From a virus: 64,000 nt of DNA. A program made the translations under genes and the position numbers. The stretch is taken from the IMG/VR virus record IMGVR_UViG_3300027881_000010, positions 1-64,000 of that record; one strand, written 5' to 3'. Of this stretch, positions 1 to 8,604 are shown piece by piece. Each line of letters starts with the position of its first letter. Position 1 is the stretch's first letter. The notes under the pieces were generated by a model. The model searched no databases. It saw only the letters and a program-made list of their open reading frames with translations, and had not been told where the DNA came from.

Positions 1-1169
1 TGATCAAAGAGCATGCTGTCGGCACTGCCTTCGACATCTCGACGATCAACACTGTCGCGACTGCCACCTTCGATATTCTCTCGGACCTACCTGCGGGAAG
101 TCCGACGACGATGGGATGGTCTACGGATGGAACTCGCCTGTATCTCATCAACAACACGACCCACGAGCTTACGTCTTACACTGCGAGTACACCGTTCGAC
201 ATCACGACTTTGGGAAGTTTCTCGGTAGGGCTGGATGTGAATGCGCCTCCTCTGCAAGCGATCTTGAATCCACGAGGGCTTTTCTACAGACCGGACAACG
301 GTGACATCCACATCAACCAGGACCAGAACCAACTGAGGTTCAAGGTCTTCTCACCAGCCAGCGCGAGTACCGCGCCGACCATCACCGACTTCTCGGCAGC
401 TTCGTATAGCGGAGATATTTCTGCCAGTGCTGTGCGTCCGTTCGGAGTATTTGTAGACGAGTCCGGGGCGAGAGCGTTTATTGTGAATGGCTCTTCAGGC
501 AATGACGTTGACTCCTATTCGATGAGTGTGCCATTCGATTTGACTACGCTATCGGCAGTGATCGCGTCGGTAGGCGTCGTTAGTTCTCCGATCGGAGTAT
601 TTCTAAAGCCTGACGGTACGAAGATATTTTTCACCACGTTCAGCAGCACCATTGGAGTGCAGGAGTTCCCGCTTAGTGTGGCTTGGGACATCACTACGAT
701 GGGCAGTCAGGTCGTGCTGTCTACTGCGGGCGACGGTGCAACGATACCGTTCGGCCTGCACTTCAGCCCGGACGGGCTGAATGTTTACACTTCAGACAAT
801 GGTGGCAAGATTTATCAGTGGTCTCTGGCTTCTGCGTGGGATGTAAGCTCTCCGACCTTTATCGGCTCATTCGATTTTACGTCCGAGATAGTAGCAACCA
901 AGGGGCAGGACTTATCTTTGTCGGAAGACGGAACAAAGATGTATATATCCGACTTGAACACTGGCGTCGATACCGAGATTTTCCAGTACAGCCTGGGCTT
1001 GCCATTCAATATATTGACTGCCGTTTACGACAGTGTGGTGTTGACTCTGGCCAGTCGGATCGGAGGTAGCGGCTTCCACATGATGCAGTCGCAAGACAGG
1101 TTCTACGTCGCTTACAATGGTGATGTCGGTGGTGCCGACCCAGAGGCTCTGGAGGAATTTACAATCTAA
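1..1169 (+). CDS. beta-propeller-like repeat virion protein, paralog 1 (fibre/receptor-binding candidate); 5' end lies outside the window
   Basis: The frame is open from nt 3 (IKEHAVGTAFDISTI..), so the M at 111 is internal. About 7 copies of a 45-55 aa unit ..DG[TL]x[LMIV][YF]..[YFW]xLxxx[FW]D[IVL][TS][TS]. TAATG junction with the next gene. Confidence 0.7.
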   Translation, partial: IKEHAVGTAFDISTINTVATATFDILSDLPAGSPTTMGWSTDGTRLYLINNTTHELTSYTASTPFDITTLGSFSVGLDVNAPPLQAILNPRGLFYRPDNGDIHINQDQNQLRFKVFSPASASTAPTITDFSAASYSGDISASAVRPFGVFVDESGARAFIVNGSSGNDVDSYSMSVPFDLTTLSAVIASVGVVSSPIGVFLKPDGTKIFFTTFSSTIGVQEFPLSVAWDITTMGSQVVLSTAGDGATIPFGLHFSPDGLNVYTSDNGGKIYQWSLASAWDVSSPTFIGSFDFTSEIVATKGQDLSLSEDGTKMYISDLNTGVDTEIFQYSLGLPFNILTAVYDSVVLTLASRIGGSGFHMMQSQDRFYVAYNGDVGGADPEALEEFTI

Positions 1170-2863
1170 TGGGCTTAGCACTCGACAGCGGGCTTGGTGA
1201 GAGCGGACTGGCTGCGGCTGGGATCGGTCTCGGTGGTGCTGGCTTGCAGCTACCTGGTCAAGGTGTTGTTCCTCCGGCAGGTGTCACTCCTGAAAATGCG
1301 ATTGATTATTTCATAGCCGAAATCAGTGCTGGCACAAACCCCGGTGTAAGTGGGGGCGCTGCTCGACTTGATGTCTTCTGGAAAGCTGATGGAACGCAAG
1401 TCTGGACCGGACGACAAGGCGCTGAGGTCAGGCAGTACGATGTGTCGCCAGCATGGGGCATCGATTCCGGTGATTGGACTCCGACTCATACCACTGGGAA
1501 TTTCACTGATCTGCGCTCTATCTGGTGGAAGCCTGATGGAACCGTGTTCACAGTCTGTCGAAGGATCTCGACTTCTTCGAGGATAACTTCTTACGACCAG
1601 TCAGCGACTCCGTTCGATCTCACAGTCCTTGGATCATCAGCCGTAAGCGGAACTCCCGGCGATCTTCCAGGAGATCACATCTGGAGCGAAGACGGTACTC
1701 GGGTCTGGATAAAGATGGCTATCGGCCTCACATCCACGATCAAAGAGTTCTCGGTGGCTGTTGCGTGGGATGTCACCACATTGAATACGACGCCGGTTGC
1801 TACGTTTGATGTCATCCCTGATGCTGGCACCAACGTAAACACGATCTGCTTCTCGACCGATGGAACTTTCCTCTATTGCATGGATGGCCAGGTTCTTTCT
1901 TCGTGGGAACTCAGTGTAGCTTTCGACATCACCACTGCAGGCAATTTCGCGAGCGGCCCACTTGTTGCAGCGTTTCGTACATCTGTCCCGAGAGGTCTTA
2001 CCTTTAGGGCTGACAATGGACATATTTTCACAGGTGGAGATCAGGGCGGAGGCATGAGATTCACCAGGCTCGTGCCGAGTCCAGCCCCAAATGTCGATGC
2101 GTTCTCCTTCAATGCAGAAGTGAACAATGGTGCTGGCAACGTCACTGCCCAGGAGTGCGTCTGGGTTGGGCCCAGTGGTGAGAACCTGTACACATGCAAA
2201 TCACCTATCGCAACCAATGACGTTTTTTGGTTCGAGATGTCTCCTGGTCACGACCTGTCGTCCTTCGCATTCACAGACGAGGACGACGCAGATGGTCAGA
2301 ATCCGAGAGCCGTAGCCCTTTCAGAAGACGGTACGGTTCTATTTGTCTACTACAGAAATGCGGTCAATCCAGACGCAGTGTTCAGGTGGCCGCTGTCTAC
2401 AGCCTGGGACGTTACTACGAAGGGAGCGAGGACTTCACTCACAGCCGATTTCAGCAATGACCCTCGTGGTCTGTGGTTCAAGACAGATGGCACTCAACTC
2501 TTTTTGATGGATGGCATAGATGCGACGGTCTACCAATACAATCTACCGACTCCGTGGAGCTTTGTCGGCGCGAGTCAGACAGATTCGTTTGCTCTTACGA
2601 CATCCGGTACGGACCTGGCCTTCTCGGACGACGGCACAAAAATGTATGTCGCTAACACGGTCAACGAACGAATCGATCAATATAATCTTGCTCTCGCGTG
2701 GGAGATTCAATCAGGCATCAATGGAGGCGGAGCTTTCGATGCTGGCAGGTCTTTGTCGTTGCCGGGCGGCACAGGCAGCGATGTGCGAGGTGTAGCGGTA
2801 AGGGGCGACACGCTTTACGTGGCTTATATTGGCAATACGATCGTCGAGCAATTCACAATTTAG
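1169..2863 (+). CDS. beta-propeller-like repeat virion protein, paralog 2 (fibre/receptor-binding candidate)
   Basis: 564 aa. Gly/Ala-rich N-terminus followed by about 10 copies of the same DGT..[WF]D[IV]TT unit. Shares the mid-protein R[PA]DNG.I motif and the C-terminal ..YVAY.G...E[EQ]FTI* with the first ORF. Confidence 0.75.
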   Translation: MGLALDSGLGESGLAAAGIGLGGAGLQLPGQGVVPPAGVTPENAIDYFIAEISAGTNPGVSGGAARLDVFWKADGTQVWTGRQGAEVRQYDVSPAWGIDSGDWTPTHTTGNFTDLRSIWWKPDGTVFTVCRRISTSSRITSYDQSATPFDLTVLGSSAVSGTPGDLPGDHIWSEDGTRVWIKMAIGLTSTIKEFSVAVAWDVTTLNTTPVATFDVIPDAGTNVNTICFSTDGTFLYCMDGQVLSSWELSVAFDITTAGNFASGPLVAAFRTSVPRGLTFRADNGHIFTGGDQGGGMRFTRLVPSPAPNVDAFSFNAEVNNGAGNVTAQECVWVGPSGENLYTCKSPIATNDVFWFEMSPGHDLSSFAFTDEDDADGQNPRAVALSEDGTVLFVYYRNAVNPDAVFRWPLSTAWDVTTKGARTSLTADFSNDPRGLWFKTDGTQLFLMDGIDATVYQYNLPTPWSFVGASQTDSFALTTSGTDLAFSDDGTKMYVANTVNERIDQYNLALAWEIQSGINGGGAFDAGRSLSLPGGTGSDVRGVAVRGDTLYVAYIGNTIVEQFTI

Positions 2864-2872
2864 GAATCAGTC

Positions 2873-3568
2873 ATGGCAAGCACAGGCACATTTCTGTTTG
2901 ACCCGAACCTCGCGTCCATCGCCGACGAGGCGGTCGAGCGCGCTGGCCTGAATCTGCAGGAGATTGTCGGCGAGCACATCATTTCGATCAGGCGATCCGC
3001 AGGATTCATGCTCTCGTCCTGGTCTAACCGCGGGCACCGGCAGTGGACCTTCGAACAGATCGTGCATACGGTGGCTGCCGACGAGGTGAGCTTCGATCTG
3101 CCGGTTGGCAGCATCGAGGTGCAGAGCGCGGTGGTGCGCAGGAATGGCGTCGACACCGAGATCTATCCGATCTCAAGGGAGGACTACCTGGTCCTGCATG
3201 ACAAGAACCTGACCGGGCGGCCAGACAGATACTTTGTCGATCGGCGCCGAGACACCGACGGCACGAATCAGCCGCAGGTTTTCTTCTGGCTGGCCGGCGA
3301 GAACACCACCGACCAGATCATCATGAACGTCTACAAGCAGATTCAGGATGTCGGCAACGCGCAGAACACGCTCGACATTCCGTTCCGCTTCCAAGAGGCT
3401 TTCGTTGCCGAACTGGCTGCCAGGGTGGCGCTGAAATATAACGAGGCAAAGTGGGAGAAACTCCAAGCGCTCGCTGACAAAGAGTGGACGTTGGCCCACG
3501 ACGAGGACAGGGACACCGCACCGTTTGTCATGTCCGCAAACTACTCACGATTGCACGGGAGGCCGTAA
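2873..3568 (+). CDS. putative head-tail adaptor / tail tubular protein A-like
   Basis: 231 aa in a podovirus-type structural block. The N-terminal pattern FDPNLASIADEAVERAGL..SSW recalls T7 gp11-type proteins. This is from memory only, not searched. Confidence 0.4.
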   Translation: MASTGTFLFDPNLASIADEAVERAGLNLQEIVGEHIISIRRSAGFMLSSWSNRGHRQWTFEQIVHTVAADEVSFDLPVGSIEVQSAVVRRNGVDTEIYPISREDYLVLHDKNLTGRPDRYFVDRRRDTDGTNQPQVFFWLAGENTTDQIIMNVYKQIQDVGNAQNTLDIPFRFQEAFVAELAARVALKYNEAKWEKLQALADKEWTLAHDEDRDTAPFVMSANYSRLHGRP

Positions 3569-4029
3569 TGGCATTGTCACGATCAATGAAAGACCTTATG
3601 CACCAAGCCGCACAGGCGAGGCATGGAGGCGGGAATCCAACCGGGGGAGTCATGGGTCGATACAATCCTGGCCCTAAGCTCCAGCGGCGTGCCCCGATGC
3701 CTGACCGAGGTCCTCGAGGTCCAGCGAGGCCGACCGGCAAGCCGCGGCCAGGTGCTGGCACTTTCGGTTTTGCCGCCCAGCGTGGCCGTACGCCGGCACT
3801 GCAGCAGGCAACAGCTGGCGCCAAGATGCAGGCTATGCGGCAGGCAGCGGCCCCGAGAGCCGCAGCGCCAGCAGCAGCAGGGGTGGCCCGACCTGCGGCA
3901 GCATTCGCTGAGCAGCGAGGAGCCGCCGTGAGGGATCGTGTCGGTGCTCGCCAAGGACCGCCGGCCCGGAGAGGCGGCATGGCTCGAGCTTTAGGCAGCG
4001 GCGGATCCAGACGTCGGATGCTGAGGTGA
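3568..4029 (+). CDS. highly basic Pro/Ala/Gly/Arg-rich low-complexity protein
   Basis: TAATG-coupled start at 3568 (M29 of listed ORF 3484..4029). 153 aa with many R, P, A and G residues. Sits in a local GC spike where most frames lack stop codons. Confidence 0.5.
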   Translation: MALSRSMKDLMHQAAQARHGGGNPTGGVMGRYNPGPKLQRRAPMPDRGPRGPARPTGKPRPGAGTFGFAAQRGRTPALQQATAGAKMQAMRQAAAPRAAAPAAAGVARPAAAFAEQRGAAVRDRVGARQGPPARRGGMARALGSGGSRRRMLR

Positions 4030-4033
4030 GTAC

Positions 4034-5143
4034 GTGCCAAAGCGATACGCCAAGGGAAAATTTGCGGTAGGCGAGTGCGCCAGGTCCGGCAGGAAAATGC
4101 TGCTGAAGGACATGGTGTCCGATGGCTATTACCCGAGCTTGGTGGTGGATCCAGCCTGGTACGAGGGCAAGCACCCGCAGGAATCGCTGCCGGAGATTGA
4201 GGATCCGGTATCGCTGTGGCGGCCGGCGCCGGAGCGTGACCAGGTCAACAGTACATTAAGGCCGGACGGTGGGATTCTGTTCACGGGGTTCGCGCTGAGC
4301 AGCCCTACGCTGGAAGCTGTCAGTACGGCATTCGCGCTTGCCCAAGACGCCGATCAGTACTCCCTCAAGTCAGATGACGTTACTCCGGAGCCATTCAGTA
4401 CACCTGCTGGCAGTCGGCGTGATGTTCGTTTCAGGCCGGATGGCTTACGTGCGTGGACCCATTGGACCGTGGTTACTGGTGGCAACGATACGCACCAGTA
4501 CGATCTACCGGCTCCTTGGCAACTCACTGGCTGGACCCCTAGTGGCGACATACTCCGTCTCAGTGGGCTTAACCGCTCGATGACATGGCACGACAACGGC
4601 GACAAGCTGACGTTTCTCCGTCGCTGGTTCTCCAGTTTTCGGAGGATCGACACCTACGACATGTCGGCCACACCCTACGATATTTCGTCAGGTCTTGGCC
4701 CGGTGTTTGCGTCGTTGACTGCGATCACTGGCCCTGGCGAATACATGTGCCGGTTCAGTCTCGATGGGCTCAAAATGTTTACTGACATTTCCGCGACTAC
4801 GATGCAACGGTACAATCTAGCGGTCGCGCATGACATTTCAAGCAGCACCGGGGTCGATCAGAGCTTTAATTACGGGGTGGCTGGAGCAGGCAGCACCAAT
4901 TCGTGGGACTTCTCGGGCGATCACACCAAGATTTACATTCATACTAGCGGTGGCCTTCTCGGCTCGTTTGATCTTACAGCGCCGGATGACATCTCAGCGC
5001 CGTTTAATTTTAAGACTGGCGTCAGTGTGAATATCCCAACGAATTTGCAGGTTGCGAGGGGGCTGACTATCCGAGGGGATACCGGCGACTGGATCCTGCT
5101 GGCTGATCAGAATAATCAGCGGATCAGGTGTTGGGAAACTTAA
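4034..5143 (+). CDS. beta-propeller-like repeat virion protein, paralog 3, with a distinct N-terminal domain
   Basis: GTG start 8 nt after GAGGTGAG. The 70-aa N-terminus (PKRYAKGKFAVGECARSGRK..) is unlike paralogs 1 and 2. It is followed by the same DG[LT]..[YF]..[WF]D/[YF]DISS repeat units. Confidence 0.7.
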   Translation: MPKRYAKGKFAVGECARSGRKMLLKDMVSDGYYPSLVVDPAWYEGKHPQESLPEIEDPVSLWRPAPERDQVNSTLRPDGGILFTGFALSSPTLEAVSTAFALAQDADQYSLKSDDVTPEPFSTPAGSRRDVRFRPDGLRAWTHWTVVTGGNDTHQYDLPAPWQLTGWTPSGDILRLSGLNRSMTWHDNGDKLTFLRRWFSSFRRIDTYDMSATPYDISSGLGPVFASLTAITGPGEYMCRFSLDGLKMFTDISATTMQRYNLAVAHDISSSTGVDQSFNYGVAGAGSTNSWDFSGDHTKIYIHTSGGLLGSFDLTAPDDISAPFNFKTGVSVNIPTNLQVARGLTIRGDTGDWILLADQNNQRIRCWET

Positions 5144-5163
5144 TCACCATATGAGAATTTAAC

Positions 5164-6507
5164 ATGCCTACATCGCTATCATTTACATACGACGAGTTGA
5201 TTGCCGCACTCGAGGACTGGCTCGAGGAGAGCAGCGCCGAGTTCGTGGCGAATCAGAACCGGGTCGTCGCGCTCGGTGAGAGCCGCCTGGCAACCGATCT
5301 GAACTTCGAAATTTTTGATCGAGTTTTCAGCGGCAGCCTGATACCAGATCAGTACGTGCAGGCGGTCAAGCCATCGGACTGGCAGGGTACCAGGTCATTG
5401 CATCTTCGTGATCTTGCGGATGTGGTCTTGCACCTGCACCTGGACGGCGCAGACGCGGCGACCAGCACAGTCGATAGCTCGCAGTATGCCCGCACGATGG
5501 TGTTCACCGATGACGCTGAACTTTCTACCGACCAGGTGAAATTCGGCACCGCTGCTCTTGGCGTGAACAATTCGACTCTGCCCGATCAGACGGGCGATGC
5601 CCTGTTCACAACGATCAACGATGACAAATTCGATTTCGCAGATGAGGACTGGACGATTGAAATGCAGTACTACGCCGAGGATTCGGCTGGCGCGAATGTC
5701 CTGATGGTCATCGGCAACAGTTCTGGCGGCATAGAAGCTCTATCGGTCGTATTGTCGAACGGCAATATCGGGATCGAAATCAATGGGATCTCCGTGATCA
5801 ACGTCTTCACGGTCCCGCACACAAACGACACCTACCACCACCTTGCTCTTCAGAGGACGGGGAATGTGTTTGAATGCTTCCTCGATGGAGTCGAGTCGTC
5901 GTCAGGAGACTTCACGAATGCTGTCGTATTCGATGACCCGGTCGGCGATGTCATTATCGGTGGGTCTGGAAGCGGTGCATCGCCCGGTCAGCCATTCGAA
6001 GGCTGGATCGACGAGGTTCGGATCACCAAAGGCTTTGCCAGATACAGTGGAAATTTCGCGCCTCCGACTGAGGCTTACCCGAACAGTTCCGGTAGTGGCC
6101 TGAGACGCTATCTCGAGCGCAGGACCTACGAGTGGTGCCTCGACTACGAACCGGACGAGACAGCGACCGCAGAGCCGAAGTACTACGCCGAGTTAACCGA
6201 GACCGAGTTCTTCATGGTGCCGCCACCGGACATCGCGTATGGCTTCGAGCTTCGCCAGATCCAAACTCCTGAAGCCTTGGGGCCGGGTAACCAGTCCACC
6301 TGGCTTGGAACGAATGCCGGCGACCTGCTCTTGTATGCTTGCCTGCTTGCCTCTGATGAGTTCCTGATCTCCGATCCCGCAGACCTGGAGACATGGCGGA
6401 AGAGCTACACTGAATTGATGCCGGCCCGCAAGCTCGAGCTCCGACGGCAATGGCGCGGAGATTATGATCCAGTGCAAGCCGTAGCCAAAACAACGAGTCT
6501 GGTCTGA
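5164..6507 (+). CDS. LamG / concanavalin-A-like lectin-domain virion protein
   Basis: 447 aa. Central WTIEMQYY..HHLALQRTGNVFECFLDGVE..FEGWIDEVRITKGFARY..F.PP pattern is typical of the Laminin_G_3 jelly-roll. Confidence 0.6.
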   Translation: MPTSLSFTYDELIAALEDWLEESSAEFVANQNRVVALGESRLATDLNFEIFDRVFSGSLIPDQYVQAVKPSDWQGTRSLHLRDLADVVLHLHLDGADAATSTVDSSQYARTMVFTDDAELSTDQVKFGTAALGVNNSTLPDQTGDALFTTINDDKFDFADEDWTIEMQYYAEDSAGANVLMVIGNSSGGIEALSVVLSNGNIGIEINGISVINVFTVPHTNDTYHHLALQRTGNVFECFLDGVESSSGDFTNAVVFDDPVGDVIIGGSGSGASPGQPFEGWIDEVRITKGFARYSGNFAPPTEAYPNSSGSGLRRYLERRTYEWCLDYEPDETATAEPKYYAELTETEFFMVPPPDIAYGFELRQIQTPEALGPGNQSTWLGTNAGDLLLYACLLASDEFLISDPADLETWRKSYTELMPARKLELRRQWRGDYDPVQAVAKTTSLV

Positions 6508-6974
6508 TGAGTATTCAAAGCGGCACAGCGTTCCAGTACCTTTCCGATCAGTGCATCGATGGCATCCACGATGTCAGGAACGATGTGCTGTTCTTCGCGA
6601 TGTACTCGACGCTGGCGGATATCAATCCGGTAACGGTCGATGACCAGGCATCGATCACTGGTGAGCTTGTTGGCAACGGGTACACTGCCGGCGGCGAGCA
6701 GTTGACGCAGACGATCATCTACACGCCAGGCGAACCCGAACGGCCGGCAATCGATTTCGATGACCTGACCTTCGGGCCAGGAGCGACCTGGGGAATCACG
6801 AACGAGGCCGCACAAGGTGCCGTCATCTATAACACTACAGCAGGACCACAGCAGAACAAGGTCATGTGGGTCATCAACTTTGGATCGCCCATCGCTGTGA
6901 ACAACGGCTCTTTCTTTGTGCGCTGGCCGGACCCGACTGACCCGACCCTCGCAATCATAAGGACATCAGGCTAA
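6507..6974 (+). CDS. hypothetical virion protein
   Basis: 155 aa. ATGA overlap with the upstream stop and TAATG overlap with the downstream start. Lies inside the fibre gene cluster. Confidence 0.6.
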   Translation: MSIQSGTAFQYLSDQCIDGIHDVRNDVLFFAMYSTLADINPVTVDDQASITGELVGNGYTAGGEQLTQTIIYTPGEPERPAIDFDDLTFGPGATWGITNEAAQGAVIYNTTAGPQQNKVMWVINFGSPIAVNNGSFFVRWPDPTDPTLAIIRTSG

Positions 6975-8218
6975 TGGCTGACACATTTACTGCATTACTA
7001 CGGCTCGTCCTTCAGGAGACTGGTGGCAACCAGAATGTCTGGGGCGACATCAACAACGCGAGCGCCATCGACCTGCTCGAGGACGCGATCGCTGCTCGCC
7101 TGGACCTCGATGTCACGCCGGCCACGGATCCAGTCACGCTGACCGCAGACAACGGTGCTGCTGATCAGTCGAGAAACATGATCATTGCTCTGACCGGCGT
7201 CCCTGGTGGCACGAGAGACATCATCGTACCGAGTACATCGAAGCTCTACATCATTTCGAACGAGACCGCTGACGAGATGACGATCAAAACCGTAGCCAAT
7301 GCGGGTGTGATCGTCAGGCCTGGTACAAGGGTGGCGGTGATTGTTGACCCGGTGGCCGATGATGTTTTCAGTGTTGGCGATGTTCCCAGCGCCACCGAGA
7401 CCGTGGAAGGTATCGCTGAGATCGCAACCCAGGCCGAGGTCGATGCGGGCACGGATGACGAGAGGATCGTCACTCCGCTGAAGCTTGCGAATACGACGGG
7501 CTTGCCACAGGCGACAGAAACCACGTTAGGCGCGGTTGAGCTTGCAACGCAGGCTGAGGTTGATCTTGGTACAGATCCTGACAGGGTGATCACGCCAGCG
7601 ACCTACGAGGGCCGCAAGTCGAGCGAAACGCTCAGCGGTCATGTTGAGCTTGCCACACAGGCCGAGGTCGATGCCGGTACCGATACCGAGCGAGCGGTGA
7701 CGCCTGCGACTCTATCGGCCACGCCGACCGGCGTTTATCGCGGCTGTAAAGCGCACAGGACCACATCGTTTACGCCTGGCACTTCACCGGGTGCACCGCG
7801 CCCATTGTTCGATGGCGCTGACAATGAACTGGCAGTCGCCCTCAATGCCGAGACAATCGACACCGACACCATTCACGACAATGCTGTCAACAACTCCAGG
7901 CTGGTAGTTCCTACTGGCGTGACCAAAATCATATTGAGGGGCGGAATACAAATTTTAGGCGATACATCTGCCGGAATACGTCACTTGCGAATCTGGAAAA
8001 ACGGTGCAGTTGGTGGTGTGCAACCAGGTCAAGGCTCTTGGCAGCCACATACCATCGTGACTCCGCAAGGAACGGGCGCAAGGTATGGCTGGGAAATAGA
8101 GTCTGGCGTGATCGATTGTGTCGCGACTGACTTCTATGAACTATACGTTCTGCAGCAGGCAGGGTCTGGCAATGTTGTGGCCAACACGGCCTGGTTTGAA
8201 ATGGAGATAATCACATGA
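6974..8218 (+). CDS. tail fibre protein
   Basis: N-terminus LLRLVLQETGGNQNVWGDINN is fibre-like. Three repeats of [AS][TS]ET..G..E[IL]ATQAEVD.GTD..R..TP. Confidence 0.75.
   Translation: MADTFTALLRLVLQETGGNQNVWGDINNASAIDLLEDAIAARLDLDVTPATDPVTLTADNGAADQSRNMIIALTGVPGGTRDIIVPSTSKLYIISNETADEMTIKTVANAGVIVRPGTRVAVIVDPVADDVFSVGDVPSATETVEGIAEIATQAEVDAGTDDERIVTPLKLANTTGLPQATETTLGAVELATQAEVDLGTDPDRVITPATYEGRKSSETLSGHVELATQAEVDAGTDTERAVTPATLSATPTGVYRGCKAHRTTSFTPGTSPGAPRPLFDGADNELAVALNAETIDTDTIHDNAVNNSRLVVPTGVTKIILRGGIQILGDTSAGIRHLRIWKNGAVGGVQPGQGSWQPHTIVTPQGTGARYGWEIESGVIDCVATDFYELYVLQQAGSGNVVANTAWFEMEIIT
7391..7722 (+). repeat. three tandem ~33-aa (~100-nt) intragenic repeats in the tail fibre
   Basis: ATETVEGIAEIATQAEVDAGTDDERIVTP / ATETTLGAVELATQAEVDLGTDPDRVITP / SSETLSGHVELATQAEVDAGTDTERAVTP. 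Confidence 0.85.
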
Positions 8219-8604
8219 CTGTCATGGCATCAGTGACGCTTCCACCGGGAGCGAACGCAGGGGCTTTCAATAATTTCGCAGGCCATCAGGATCATGGTTT
8301 TTATTACGATGAGGCCACCCGTCTCTATGAAATACCGATTCCTCCTGGCAATCAGGCCCAGCTTAACGGCAAGCTTACCGCCTACACGAATGGTCAGGCC
8401 GCCATCGATGCTGCGTTTGCGGTAGATGAGGACACCAAGGACAAAACACGAAAGAAGGATCTATACGATAACGATGCTGTTTCTCAGGCTGTGGTGGCCT
8501 GGGCGACCGATGAGATCAACACCCTTCGTGCGCTGCATGCGCTTCCAGATCTACAGCCTGCGGCTGTGGATGCTGCGGTTAAAAACAAGATCGATAATCC
8601 GTGA
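8215..8604 (+). CDS. hypothetical protein (fibre-associated?)
   Basis: 129 aa. 4-nt overlaps with both neighbouring genes. Confidence 0.55.
   Translation: MTVMASVTLPPGANAGAFNNFAGHQDHGFYYDEATRLYEIPIPPGNQAQLNGKLTAYTNGQAAIDAAFAVDEDTKDKTRKKDLYDNDAVSQAVVAWATDEINTLRALHALPDLQPAAVDAAVKNKIDNP

Noticed and set aside
7391-7722. Tail-fibre repeats considered as a diversity-generating retroelement target (VR/TR).
   Set aside because: No reverse transcriptase ORF and no separate template repeat anywhere in the window. The differences between copies are not adenine-specific.
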